From Spirochaetia bacterium (GTDB lineage: Bacteria; Spirochaetota; Spirochaetia; SZUA-6; Bin103): a stretch of 64,000 nt of DNA. The first letter of the stretch is position 1. Each line of letters opens with the position of its first letter. The stretch covers positions 416,001 to 480,000 of the forward strand of contig CBDBOV010000005.1 of the NCBI GenBank assembly GCA_965208575.1, written 5' to 3'. The notes beneath the pieces are model-generated. The model was not told the DNA's origin, did no database searches, and saw only the letters and a list, made by a program, of their open reading frames with translations. Below are positions 44,447 to 54,364 of this stretch, piece after piece. Made by a program: the position numbers and the translations under genes.

Positions 44447-45622
44447 ATGAGCGCGGAGCAGCAGCCACACAAGATTCTCGTGGTCGACGATGAGCCGGAC
44501 GTCGAGCCGCTGATTAGGCAACGCATGCGGCGCGATGTGCGCGCCGGCCGCTACCGGTTCGTGTTCGCCCACGACGGCGTGGAAGCCCTGGAGGTGCTCC
44601 GGGAGCACACCGACATCGACATGGTGCTGTCGGACATCAACATGCCGAAGATGGACGGCCTCACCCTGCTGGCGCAGATCCCGAAGGTCGATCCCAACCT
44701 GCGCTGCGTCATCGTGTCGGCGTACGGCGACATGGACAACATCCGCACGGCCATGAACCGGGGCGCGTTCGACTTCGTCACCAAGCCGCTCGACTTCGAG
44801 GATCTCAAGGTCACCATCGAACGCACGCTGCGGCGGGTCGCCGAGTGGCGCGAGGCGCTGGCGTCGCGCGACCGGCTGGTGGTGCTGCAGAACGAGTTGG
44901 ACCTGGCCAGCAAGATGCAGCAGTCGATCCTGCCGACGCGGTTTCCCGGCGGCACCGACTTCCGGATCCACGGCCAGATGGAACCCGCGCGCGCCGTGGG
45001 CGGCGACTTCTTTGACATCATGAGGCTCGACAACGGGCTGGTCGGGGTGGCGATCGCCGACGTGTCGGACAAGGGCGTGCCCGCATCCCTGTTCATGATG
45101 TCCTCGCGCACCCTGTTGAAGGGCGCTGCCGTGGGGCGGGGCGAACCAGGCGAGGTGTTGCAGGAGGTCAACAACCTGCTCACCGAGGACAATCAGGGGT
45201 TGATGTTCGTCACGGTGCTGTATGCGACCTTCGATCCGGAGACGGGGGCGTTCAACTATGCCAATGGCGGACACAACTCGCCGTTGCTGGTGCGTGCGGA
45301 CGGCAGCTCCGAGTTGCTCCCGCTCACCGGCGGAGTGGCCCTCGGGGTGATGCCCGACTATCCCTACGCACAGTCCTCTATGACGCTCGGGCCGGGTGAG
45401 AAGCTGGTCATGTATACCGACGGCGTGACCGAGGCGATGAACGTCGCCCAGGAGGAGTTCGGCGTGGAGCGTCTGCGGGCGATCTTCGCCGGCGGCGCGC
45501 CGGAGGGCAGCAGGGCGACCAGCCAGGCGGTGTTCGACGCCGTGCACGCGTTCGCCGGTGACACGCCGCAGTCGGACGACGTCACCTGCCTGGTGCTCTC
45601 GCGCGGCGAGTTCGACACGTGA
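44447..45622 (+). CDS. Response-regulator receiver fused to a SpoIIE/PP2C phosphatase (RsbU-like)
   Basis: ILVVDDE, SDINMP, KP; GGDFFD, DVSDKG, YTDGVTE and SDDVT. Confidence 0.93.
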   Translation: MSAEQQPHKILVVDDEPDVEPLIRQRMRRDVRAGRYRFVFAHDGVEALEVLREHTDIDMVLSDINMPKMDGLTLLAQIPKVDPNLRCVIVSAYGDMDNIRTAMNRGAFDFVTKPLDFEDLKVTIERTLRRVAEWREALASRDRLVVLQNELDLASKMQQSILPTRFPGGTDFRIHGQMEPARAVGGDFFDIMRLDNGLVGVAIADVSDKGVPASLFMMSSRTLLKGAAVGRGEPGEVLQEVNNLLTEDNQGLMFVTVLYATFDPETGAFNYANGGHNSPLLVRADGSSELLPLTGGVALGVMPDYPYAQSSMTLGPGEKLVMYTDGVTEAMNVAQEEFGVERLRAIFAGGAPEGSRATSQAVFDAVHAFAGDTPQSDDVTCLVLSRGEFDT

Positions 45623-45725
45623 GCGCCGGCTGTCGGCGGTGCAACCCGGCGTCGCACCGCTTGCGTGTAGCGGGTGTTTCGCCACCGGCTGCCGGGTACG
45701 TGCCGGCCGAGACCAAGGGCATCAA

Positions 45726-47006
45726 GTGAGGCGCCGGCGGCGCACGCACCGGGCGGCCGCGGCGTCGCTCGCCGGCGCCGTGCTGCTTGCCGGGCCGCTG
45801 TCCTGCAGCCGCGACGACTCCACCGTACCTGCGCCACGCGTTTCGGCCGACGACCGGGCGAGCCGGTCCGCGCCCGCCGCGGCCACTGACGCGCGGGTGC
45901 CGGGGGTGACCGGGACGCGCATCCTGTTCGGGCAGTCGGCAGCTTTCAGCGGCCCGGCCCGCGAGCTGGGCCGGAACATGCGGCTGGGCATCGAGGCGGC
46001 GTTCCACGAGGCCAACGCCGGCGGCGGCGTCCACGGCCGCCGCCTGGAGCTGGTTGCCGTAGATGATTCCTACGAGCCGGAAGCGGCGATCGCCAACACC
46101 TTCCGGCTCATCGAACAGGAGAAGGTGTTCGCCCTGATCGGCGCCGTCGGCACGCCCACCTCGCGTTCCGCCACACCGGTCGCCGCCGAGGCGGGCGTGC
46201 CCTACATCGCCCCGTTCACGGGAGCGGAGTTTCTGCGCGACTCCGAGTGGGACAACGTGCTCAACCTGCGCGCCTCCTATTACCAGGAGACCGAGGAGAT
46301 GGTCGCCCGGCTGACCGAGGACCTGGGCGCGACCCGCATCGCGGTGCTGTACCAGGACGACTCGTTCGGCCGCGCCGGCTACCGCGGGGTGCGGCTGGCG
46401 CTCGACCGGCGCGCCATGGAGCCGGTGTCGATCGGGCTCTATCCGCGCAACACCACCGCGGTGAAGACCGCCCTGCTCGACCTGCGCCGCGGCGAGCCGG
46501 AGGCGGTGATCATGATCGGCGCCTACCAGCCGGTGGCGGAGCTGATCCGGTGGGCGCGTCACGTGGGGATGGACCCGACCTTCCTCACCGTGTCCTTCGT
46601 CGGCAGCAACGCGCTCGCCGAGGAACTCGGAGCGGAGGGAGAGGGGGTGTACGTGACGCAGGTGGTGCCGTTTCCTACCGACGACTCGCTGCCGGTGGTC
46701 GGCTCCTACCTGCGCGCACTGGCGGCATACGATCCCGAGATCGCGCCTGGATTCGTGTCCTTCGAGGGCTACCTGGCCGGCAGGCTCGCGGCGGCGGGAG
46801 TCGCCGCCTGCGGGGAGCAGGTGACGCGCGAGTGCTTTGTGGGCGGCCTGCGCGGCAGCGAGGCGATCGACATCGACGGCTTCGAGTTGCGCTACGGCGC
46901 CACCGACAACCAGGGCTCCGACGCCGTGTTCCTGACCCGGATCGGTGCCGACGGGCGGTACCACCCGGCCGCCACCCTGCAGGCCGGCGCCGCGCCGGAC
47001 CGGTAG
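45726..47006 (+). CDS. Periplasmic binding lipoprotein (branched-chain amino acid/type I PBP family)
   Basis: Lipobox-like PLSC; FGQSAAFSGP, DDSYEP, GAVGTPT, NLRASY and YQDD.FG. Confidence 0.85.
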   Translation: MRRRRRTHRAAAASLAGAVLLAGPLSCSRDDSTVPAPRVSADDRASRSAPAAATDARVPGVTGTRILFGQSAAFSGPARELGRNMRLGIEAAFHEANAGGGVHGRRLELVAVDDSYEPEAAIANTFRLIEQEKVFALIGAVGTPTSRSATPVAAEAGVPYIAPFTGAEFLRDSEWDNVLNLRASYYQETEEMVARLTEDLGATRIAVLYQDDSFGRAGYRGVRLALDRRAMEPVSIGLYPRNTTAVKTALLDLRRGEPEAVIMIGAYQPVAELIRWARHVGMDPTFLTVSFVGSNALAEELGAEGEGVYVTQVVPFPTDDSLPVVGSYLRALAAYDPEIAPGFVSFEGYLAGRLAAAGVAACGEQVTRECFVGGLRGSEAIDIDGFELRYGATDNQGSDAVFLTRIGADGRYHPAATLQAGAAPDR

Positions 47007-47009
47007 CCG

Positions 47010-49217
47010 GTGGCGGCGCATGGCCCGGAGCGGGTGCAGGTGAAGGAGCGCCTGCGGCGCCTGCGGCACTATCCGTCGCGGCTCTCCGGGCAGTTCTCGC
47101 TGGGCATCGGCGCCGCGGTGGCGCTGACCGTGGCGGCCAGCCTGGTGGCCTGGTTCTTCTTCGACCGCGTGGCCGGCCTGCAGCGGCGGGTCAACGAGGG
47201 CAGCGTTCCGGAGATGGTGGCCGCGTTCGGGGTGGCGCAGTTCGCCAGCAGCCTGGTGGCCGCCGCGCCGCGCCTGACCACGGCGGCGACGCCGGAGGAG
47301 TTCACCGCCGTCGCCGCCCGCATAACCGAAACCCACGACGCGCTGCAGGCGGAACTGGACGCGCTGCAGCAGGCCGGCGCCGACGCCGCCGCCATCGCGC
47401 GCGTGCGCGCCCACGCCGACACGCTGCTGGCCAACATCGAGGCGATCGAGGCCGGCATGACCGAGCTGTTTCCTTTGCACGAGCGCAGCGCCGCGCTGCG
47501 CACCGAACTGGCCGAGCTGCGCGGCCGGATGGAGGAACTGGTCATTCCCGCCATCGACGACCAGTTGTTCTACACCATCACCGGCTACCACACCCTCGGC
47601 GCTCCCCCGGCACCGCGTGCCGAGCACCTGTCGGAGCACGAACTGGGCCGCTACCGGCGGCTCGCCGACCTGCAGGCGGACGGCAACATCGCCGCCCAGC
47701 TCCTGGCGAGCGCGTTCAACCTGCAGGGCGCCTCGTCGATCGAGCCGCTGCGCGAGCGGTTCGAGTCGGCGGGCGGGCGCATCGAGCGCAGCCTGGCCGC
47801 GCTCGAGGAGTCGCCGCTGCGGGCCGCGGTGGTGCCGATCTTCGCCCGCCTGCTGGCGCTGGGGCTCGACGGCGAGAGCGGCTTCGACCTGCGCACGCGC
47901 GAGCTGCGGCTCGGCGAGCGGCAGCGCGGCCTGCTGGCGCGCAACCGCGACCTCGCGGTGGAACTGGTGGCCGCGGTGGATGAGCTGGTCGACACCGCGC
48001 ATGGCCAAACCCGGGAGGCAACGCAGGCCTCCACGCAGGCGATCGTGACCGCGCGCACGCTGCTGCTCGTGATCAGCGGCGTCAGCCTGGTCGGCGCCGT
48101 GCTGATCGCCTGGCTGTTCATCGGGCGGGTGCTGCTGCACCGGCTGGGCATGCTGTCGGACTGGATGCGGCGCATGGCCGGCGGCGACCTGGAGGCGCGC
48201 GTGGCGATCGGCGGGCGCGACGAGGTGGCCGACATGGCGGCGGCGCTGGAGGTGTTCCGCCGCCACGCCCTGGAGGTGCAGCGCCTGAACCTGGTGGAGC
48301 GGCTGGCGGAGGAGCTGAAGGGCAAGAACGAGCAGCTCGAGACCGCGCTCGATGACCTGGGCCGCGCGCAGGACCAGATCGTGATGCGCGAGAAGCTGGC
48401 CGCGCTCGGCGAGTTGACCGCCGGCGTCGCGCACGAGATCCGCAATCCCCTGAACTTCGTCAAGAACTTCTCGGAGGCCTCGGCCGAGCTGATCGACGAG
48501 CTGAAGGAGGTGCTCGAAGAGGAAAGCGACAAGCTGGACGAGGAGCAGCGCTCGCTGCTTGCCGAGATCACCGGCGACCTGGTCGACAACCTGGGCCGCA
48601 TCCGCTCGCACGGCGACCGCGCCAACCGCATCGTGCACGACATGCTGATGCTGGGGCGCCACTCCGCCGAGGTGCTGCAGGTCGACATCAACGGCCTCGT
48701 GGAGGAGTACGCGCGGCTCGCCTACCACAGCGCGCGCGCAACCGACCCCGAGTTCCAACTCGATGTGCAGTACGACCTGGATGCCGAGCTGGGGGAGATG
48801 GAGGTGATCCCGCAGGACCTTGGCCGGGTGTTCCTGAACATGGTGGCCAACGCCTGCGACGCCACCGACGACAAGCGCCGCACCACCGCCGCCGGCAACG
48901 GGAGCGGTTCCTACCAGCCGACCCTGCATATCTCCAGCCGGCGCACCGCCGACAGCGCCGTGATCCGCATCAAGGACAACGCCGACGGCATGCCGCCGGA
49001 GATCGTCGCCAAGATCTTCACGCCGTTCTTCACCACCAAGCCGGCCGGCAAGGGCACCGGCCTCGGTCTGGCGATGTCCGCCGACATCGTGCGCGAGCAC
49101 GGCGGTACGATTCAGGTCAACACCGAGCCCGGCGAATTTACGGAGATGGTGATCGAGCTGCCGCTGCAGCCGCCCGCCAAGCTGGGCGCCGCCGAGGAGG
49201 AGAGTGATGGCAGGTAG
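47010..49217 (+). CDS. HAMP-domain sensor histidine kinase with a large helical (TorS-like) periplasmic sensor
   Basis: Two TMs, RDEVADMA (HAMP), AHEIRNPLN, NA.DA and PFFTTK...GTGLGL. Confidence 0.92.
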   Translation: MAAHGPERVQVKERLRRLRHYPSRLSGQFSLGIGAAVALTVAASLVAWFFFDRVAGLQRRVNEGSVPEMVAAFGVAQFASSLVAAAPRLTTAATPEEFTAVAARITETHDALQAELDALQQAGADAAAIARVRAHADTLLANIEAIEAGMTELFPLHERSAALRTELAELRGRMEELVIPAIDDQLFYTITGYHTLGAPPAPRAEHLSEHELGRYRRLADLQADGNIAAQLLASAFNLQGASSIEPLRERFESAGGRIERSLAALEESPLRAAVVPIFARLLALGLDGESGFDLRTRELRLGERQRGLLARNRDLAVELVAAVDELVDTAHGQTREATQASTQAIVTARTLLLVISGVSLVGAVLIAWLFIGRVLLHRLGMLSDWMRRMAGGDLEARVAIGGRDEVADMAAALEVFRRHALEVQRLNLVERLAEELKGKNEQLETALDDLGRAQDQIVMREKLAALGELTAGVAHEIRNPLNFVKNFSEASAELIDELKEVLEEESDKLDEEQRSLLAEITGDLVDNLGRIRSHGDRANRIVHDMLMLGRHSAEVLQVDINGLVEEYARLAYHSARATDPEFQLDVQYDLDAELGEMEVIPQDLGRVFLNMVANACDATDDKRRTTAAGNGSGSYQPTLHISSRRTADSAVIRIKDNADGMPPEIVAKIFTPFFTTKPAGKGTGLGLAMSADIVREHGGTIQVNTEPGEFTEMVIELPLQPPAKLGAAEEESDGR

Positions 49218-50346
49218 CGAACAGGAGCGGCGCATCGCACGCGTGATCGAGGAATACGACCTGCAGGGCTGGCATCGCAGCGGCACCGAGGTGGACGCCG
49301 CCTCGGCGCGCTGGCTGGCCGACAAGGTGGCCGGCTGCGGCCTGGAGCCGACCCTGGAGAGCGTTCCGTTCGACCGCTTCGACCCCGGCCCCGCCTACGT
49401 GCACACCGGCGGGCGCAGGGTCGCCGGCGTACCCCTGTTCGACGGCGGCCTGACCGGGCCGGACGGCGTGTCGGGCTCGTTGGGCGCCCTTGGTTCCGGC
49501 TCGGCCATCGGCGTGACGGAGACCGGCGCCGAGCCGATGGCCCGCTACCGCGATGCGCGCCGCGCGGGCGCACACGACGCCATCGTCGCCGTTACCCCCG
49601 CCGGGCCGGGCGTCGCCCTGATGAACGCCGTTCACTTCTTTGAGCCGTTCGGGCCGCCGGTCCTGCAGGTGGGCAGCGAGGCTCGCCCGCACCTTGCAGA
49701 GCAGGCCCGCCGCGGTGCCGGCGCCCGGGTGGTCGTCTCGGCATCGCGTCAGCCCGCCGAGACCTGCAACGTAACGGCCGCGATACCCGGCCGAGACCCA
49801 GGTCTCGCCCCGGTCGTCGTAATGACGCCGCGCAGCGGCTGGTGGCACTGTGCCGGCGAGCGGGGCGGCGGCATCGCCTGCTGGCTCGAGGTGATGCGCG
49901 CCATGGCCGGGACCGGCCCGGCCCGCGATGTGCTGTTCGTGTCGACGACCGGACACGAGATAGGCCTGCCGGGCATCGAGGCTTTCCTGAAGGAACGACC
50001 GGCCGTCCTGGCCGGTGCACGACTCTGGGTCCACTTCGGGGCCAACATAGGCGCCACACCGCACGTTGGGCCGCTCTACGCCGCCACCGGCGACAAGCTG
50101 CGGGAGGCGGCCCGGGAGGCCCTCGTCGCGGCCGGTGCCGGGTCTGCCGAACCCTCGGACGCGATGGTGGGCGCGGAGTCCAGCCTCATAGCGGCCAGGG
50201 GCGCCCGCTGCGTGGCGATGGTGGGAGGCCGCTACGACCTGTTCCACCGCGAGGCCGACCGCTGGCCCGCTTCCATCGACCCCGAGGCCATAGCCCGATG
50301 CGCCAACGGCTTCGCGCGCATCGCCATGAACGCCACATCCGGGTAA
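49207..50346 (+). CDS. Divergent M28-like metallo-hydrolase
   Basis: HRSGT..D, TTGHEIG and FH...DR. Lacks a clear canonical HxD. Confidence 0.6.
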   Translation: MAGSEQERRIARVIEEYDLQGWHRSGTEVDAASARWLADKVAGCGLEPTLESVPFDRFDPGPAYVHTGGRRVAGVPLFDGGLTGPDGVSGSLGALGSGSAIGVTETGAEPMARYRDARRAGAHDAIVAVTPAGPGVALMNAVHFFEPFGPPVLQVGSEARPHLAEQARRGAGARVVVSASRQPAETCNVTAAIPGRDPGLAPVVVMTPRSGWWHCAGERGGGIACWLEVMRAMAGTGPARDVLFVSTTGHEIGLPGIEAFLKERPAVLAGARLWVHFGANIGATPHVGPLYAATGDKLREAAREALVAAGAGSAEPSDAMVGAESSLIAARGARCVAMVGGRYDLFHREADRWPASIDPEAIARCANGFARIAMNATSG

Positions 50347-50532
50347 CGGTGACCTTGCACCAACCCGGCTTCCGTCCCCTGCCGGCCGCCTGCGCTGGCC
50401 GCCTCCGCCGCTACGTCGCCGGCCGGGACGCAAAGTAGCCGACCTTGGTACGCGTGCGGCAAGGTCTTGTCTCGGTGTAGTTCGTTGGTGTATCTTGATG
50501 GTGTACTGGTGTGATGACTCATGAGGAGCCCG

Positions 50533-50739
50533 ATGAATCGCATTACCGTTACGATTGACAACCAGCTCATCGAAGAAGCTCGGCAAGCGTTGCGTGCGTC
50601 CACGAAGCGGGAAACGATCGAGTTGGCCCTTCGGGAGGCGGTCAAGGCCTGGAGGCGCAACGCGGCGTTGAGCCGCGCGGGCCGGTTGGACCTGGAGTTG
50701 GACCAGGAGGAACTTGCGCGGTTGCGCCGCCAGCCGTGA
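50533..50739 (+). CDS. vapB: VapB-type antitoxin
   Basis: RITVTID..LIEEA....TKRETIELALRE; GAGGAG RBS; overlaps vapC. Confidence 0.88.
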   Translation: MNRITVTIDNQLIEEARQALRASTKRETIELALREAVKAWRRNAALSRAGRLDLELDQEELARLRRQP

Positions 50740-51125
50740 TCCTGGTCGATAGCTCCGCGTGGATCGAGTACTACCGCCGGGGCGGGGAGGAGGAGGTCAG
50801 GGACCTTGTGTTCTCCGCGATTCGTGACCACCGGGCGGCAACCAACGGCATCATAAAGGTAGAGATCGTGGCCTACGCCACGCGCGACGCGGACTCTCGG
50901 GACGTGTGGTCAGACTTGTCGGGGTGCCACTGGCTTGAGCTCACGACGCCCGTCTTCGAACTTGCCGTCACAATGGGACGCCAATTGAGAACACTCGGGG
51001 TCACCGTACCGGCGACTGACTTGATCATCGCCAGTTCGGCTCGGCTCGCCGGTGCGGAACTGCTGCACTTCGACGGTCATTTCGAAATGATCGCGGAACA
51101 CCTGCCCCTGGTCACACAGTTTTGA
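50736..51125 (+). CDS. vapC: VapC PIN-domain toxin
   Basis: ILVDSSAWI, E, DLIIA and D.HF. Confidence 0.92.
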   Translation: MILVDSSAWIEYYRRGGEEEVRDLVFSAIRDHRAATNGIIKVEIVAYATRDADSRDVWSDLSGCHWLELTTPVFELAVTMGRQLRTLGVTVPATDLIIASSARLAGAELLHFDGHFEMIAEHLPLVTQF

Positions 51126-51175
51126 CGAGGACGCGCTGCGCTTCATCGGGTGACGGCTCGCTGCGGCCCGTCGCG

Positions 51176-52018
51176 CTAGTAGCTGGGTGGGGTGGCGGAG
51201 GGGGTGAGCTGCAGCTCGTGGGTCCAGCAGGAGCGGTCCTGGGTGTGCAGGTAGTAGAACGCCTCGGCGATCTTGACCGGGTTGATTACGGTCTCGGGCC
51301 GCTCCTGGGCGGCCGGCAGGGCGCGGGTGCCGGGTGAGTCGATCAGGCCGTCGATCACGATGTTGGCCACGTGCACGCCGTGCTCGGAGTATTCCTCGGT
51401 AAGCACCTGGGCGAGGTTGCGCATCATCACGCGCGGGTAGTAGAGCGACTGACCGGTGAGCCGCTTGCGCCCGCGCAGCGACGACGCGTTGTTGGTGAGC
51501 AGGAACGACCCGGAGCCGCGCTCGCGCATCGCCGGCAGCACCTCCTTGGCGACCAGGAACGGGCCGCGGCTGGCCACGTGCTGGGCGGTCTCGAACATCT
51601 CGGTGGGGATGTACTCCAGCAGTTCCCGGTCGGGCGGCAGTTCGCGGCCTTCGATGTAGCCGGCGTTGTACACCACCACGTCCGGCTCGCCGGCCTCGCG
51701 GCGGATGGCCGCGAACGCGCGCGCGATCGATCCCTCCGAAACCAGGTCCAGCTCCACGATCATCGACGTGCCGCCCTGGACATCGATCGCCGCCCCCAGC
51801 GCGGCCGCGTTGGCCGCGCGCCGCGTGGTGAGCACCGTGAGGTAGCCCTCGGCGGCGAACTTCTGCGCCACCGCGCCGCCCACGCCCCAGCGCACGCCCA
51901 CCGGCAGGCCGCTGTCGTCCAGCGTACCGCCGTGCACCAAGAGGGTGTTGCGCCCATCCGCCTGCCACTTGGAGGTGGCCCCGATCACCACCGCGATTTT
52001 TCCGGAATTGCCGTTCAT
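51176..52018 (-). CDS. Short-chain dehydrogenase/reductase, atypical
   Basis: AVVIGA...WGVG, VVYNAG, HVANIVIDG.I and WTHEL.L.P. Confidence 0.85.
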   Translation of the reverse strand: MNGNSGKIAVVIGATSKWQADGRNTLLVHGGTLDDSGLPVGVRWGVGGAVAQKFAAEGYLTVLTTRRAANAAALGAAIDVQGGTSMIVELDLVSEGSIARAFAAIRREAGEPDVVVYNAGYIEGRELPPDRELLEYIPTEMFETAQHVASRGPFLVAKEVLPAMRERGSGSFLLTNNASSLRGRKRLTGQSLYYPRVMMRNLAQVLTEEYSEHGVHVANIVIDGLIDSPGTRALPAAQERPETVINPVKIAEAFYYLHTQDRSCWTHELQLTPSATPPSY

Positions 52019-52122
52019 GTTCGCCGCGCATCTTAACCGCACATGACCGGAGCCGCCACACCCGCACATACCCGCACCGCGATATCCTTGACACTGCTCA
52101 CCGCCTGTGGCACGACGAGACC

Positions 52123-53070
52123 ATGCAGACCACGACCATCGGCACCGATTCCGCGGCCGTTGTCCTGGAGGCGGCCAAGGCGCACCTGGACGAGCACGGC
52201 TATTGCATCGTCGAAAACGCGATCAGCAGGGCGGAGGCGGATGCGCTGCGCACGCGCCTGACCGAGCAGGCGGAGGCGGAGGCGCAGATCGGCCTCGATC
52301 GTGTCCTCGGTGACCGGAAACAGCTTGTCGGGTTCCTGCTCAACAAGGGGCAGGGGTTTCGCGATCTGCTGTTCCACCCGGTGATGCGCAACATCGTCGA
52401 GCACGTGGTCGGCCCGCGCCACCTGCTGTCCTCCTACAACGGCCACCTGGCGCTGCCGGGCGGCACCACCCGGTTCCACACCGACCAGTGGTGGATGCCG
52501 CCGCCCACCAACGCCGCCCGGCAGACCCTGCTGCGCCCCGGCGACATGGACCGTGACGACACCCGCGGCCACCACCGCACCGGCGAGGATGGCATGCGCC
52601 CCGCCGCCATCTCGCCGGCGTGCGTGTGCAACATCATGTGGACCATCGACGACTTCACAGCCGAGAACGGCGCCACCATCGTGGTGCCGGGCAGCCATCT
52701 GTGCGGGCGCGAACCCGACCACGAGCTGGACGAGGATGCCGGGTGGGTGGCCGCGGAGGCGCCGGCGGGCAGCTTCATCGCACTCGACGGGCGGGTGTGG
52801 CACTCCACCGGCGAGAACCACACCGACCGGCCGCGCATTGGCCTGACCACCAACTTCTGCGCCTGGCAGTTCCGGCAGCAGGAGAACCTGGTGATGGGCG
52901 TCTCCGACGAGGTGCTCGCCCACGCCACGCCCGAGTTGCGCGACCTGATCGGTTTCCGCCCCGACTCCGGCTACGGCGGCATCGAAAGCCGCGAGCGGAT
53001 CGCCCGCGGCGAGTACGCCTTCGGCGAACTCAAGCCTGCCGCTTCGCGCGCTGGAAGATGCAATGAGTGA
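52123..53070 (+). CDS. Phytanoyl-CoA dioxygenase (PhyH) family Fe/2OG enzyme
   Basis: HTD, DFTAENGAT..VPGSH and WH..G.N...R. Confidence 0.9.
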   Translation: MQTTTIGTDSAAVVLEAAKAHLDEHGYCIVENAISRAEADALRTRLTEQAEAEAQIGLDRVLGDRKQLVGFLLNKGQGFRDLLFHPVMRNIVEHVVGPRHLLSSYNGHLALPGGTTRFHTDQWWMPPPTNAARQTLLRPGDMDRDDTRGHHRTGEDGMRPAAISPACVCNIMWTIDDFTAENGATIVVPGSHLCGREPDHELDEDAGWVAAEAPAGSFIALDGRVWHSTGENHTDRPRIGLTTNFCAWQFRQQENLVMGVSDEVLAHATPELRDLIGFRPDSGYGGIESRERIARGEYAFGELKPAASRAGRCNE

Positions 53071-54301
53071 AACCTCCCGGCTGATGCGACCCCAGCAGCT
53101 TGATCGTGAACTGCGCCGGTTGTTCGGGCCGCGGGCGCGCAGCGCGGGACCGCTGACCGCCAGCGGCGCCGGGCGGCGCCTGGTGGGCGTCGACCTGCGG
53201 CAGCGGCTCGCGCCGGAGCAGGTTGCTCTGCTGGTCGATGCGCTGAGCCAGTTCCGCATCGTGTGCCTTCCGGGGCAGGACCTGGCGTCGTTTTCGCTGG
53301 CCGATTTCGAGCGCTTCGCCAACCACTGGGGCGCGCCGGTGCCGCATCCGAGCAACTTCCTGCGCGGCGGCAAGCCGGCCCAGTCGGACGGCGCCACCGA
53401 CGGCGAAATCGAGGTGATTCCGTTCGCGCAGCGCAAGGCGGCAAGGGTGAACACGGCGTTCCCTGGCCAACTGCAGTGCCTGCCGCACGAGTCGCCGGCG
53501 GTCCTGGTGGTGGCCAACTTCCAGGGCAACGGCGCCGTGCAGCGGGGCGAGGTCACCACCGGCATGGGCGGCTCCTGGCACACCGACATCGAGTACGAAC
53601 CGCTGCCGATCTACGTGTCGATGTTTCTCGCCCACCACATGCCGGTACGGCGCGATGCCCCGGGCGGCACCTGGGTCGAAGCCCTGGATCTGTCCGGCGA
53701 GCCCGATCCGAGCCCCTACTTCGACGGCTCCGACCCGGAGTTGATCCGGCTGCGCAAGACGCTTCCTCTGAACGGCGAGACCGCGTTCGCGGACGCCGCC
53801 GGCGCGTTCGCGGCGCTGCCGCCGGAACGGCAGGCGCTGCTGGAGCGCACCCGGGTACGGCGCCGGCTGAACGAAGGCGACGAGGGCTGGCTGGCGCCGC
53901 TGGTGCGCACCAACCCGCGCTCCGGAATCAAGGCGCTGCACAGTCCGGTGTGGGCTTCGCGGCCCGGCGTGCGCCCGGCGATCGAGGTCGACGGCATGTC
54001 GAGCGAGGAGTCGCGCGCGTTTCTCGACGAGCTGGAGGCGCACGTGCTGCAGCCGCGCTTCCGCTACGACCACCTGCACCTACCCGGTGACGTGACGCTG
54101 TGGGACAACTACATGACCCTGCACAACACGCCGCTGGTCAAGCACAACATCGACTCGATCGACGACGCGCGCCTGCTCTACCGCCTGAGCTGCAAGGGCG
54201 AACCGGCGCTCACCCTGCCGCGCAATGATCCGCCGGAGTGGATTGCAGCCCACATCAACGCCGGCTACACCACTCCGCCCGCGATCATCGCCGCGACCTG
54301 A
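53063..54301 (+). CDS. TauD/TfdA-family dioxygenase
   Basis: WHTD, GETAFAD, PLVRT.P and GDV.LWDN..TLH. Confidence 0.88.
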   Translation: MSETSRLMRPQQLDRELRRLFGPRARSAGPLTASGAGRRLVGVDLRQRLAPEQVALLVDALSQFRIVCLPGQDLASFSLADFERFANHWGAPVPHPSNFLRGGKPAQSDGATDGEIEVIPFAQRKAARVNTAFPGQLQCLPHESPAVLVVANFQGNGAVQRGEVTTGMGGSWHTDIEYEPLPIYVSMFLAHHMPVRRDAPGGTWVEALDLSGEPDPSPYFDGSDPELIRLRKTLPLNGETAFADAAGAFAALPPERQALLERTRVRRRLNEGDEGWLAPLVRTNPRSGIKALHSPVWASRPGVRPAIEVDGMSSEESRAFLDELEAHVLQPRFRYDHLHLPGDVTLWDNYMTLHNTPLVKHNIDSIDDARLLYRLSCKGEPALTLPRNDPPEWIAAHINAGYTTPPAIIAAT

Positions 54302-54335
54302 GCCACGCCTCGGGCCAAGGCGGGCGACCGGCCGC

Positions 54336-54364
54336 ATGCAGCCGGTGTTTGGCCACGGGCTGCT
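54336..54364 (+). repeat. 29-bp hairpin-type repeat, copy 1 (inverted partner at 56082-56110; degenerate copy at 45665-45693)
   Basis: ATGCAGCCGGTGTTTGGCCACGGGCTGCT. Confidence 0.88.
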
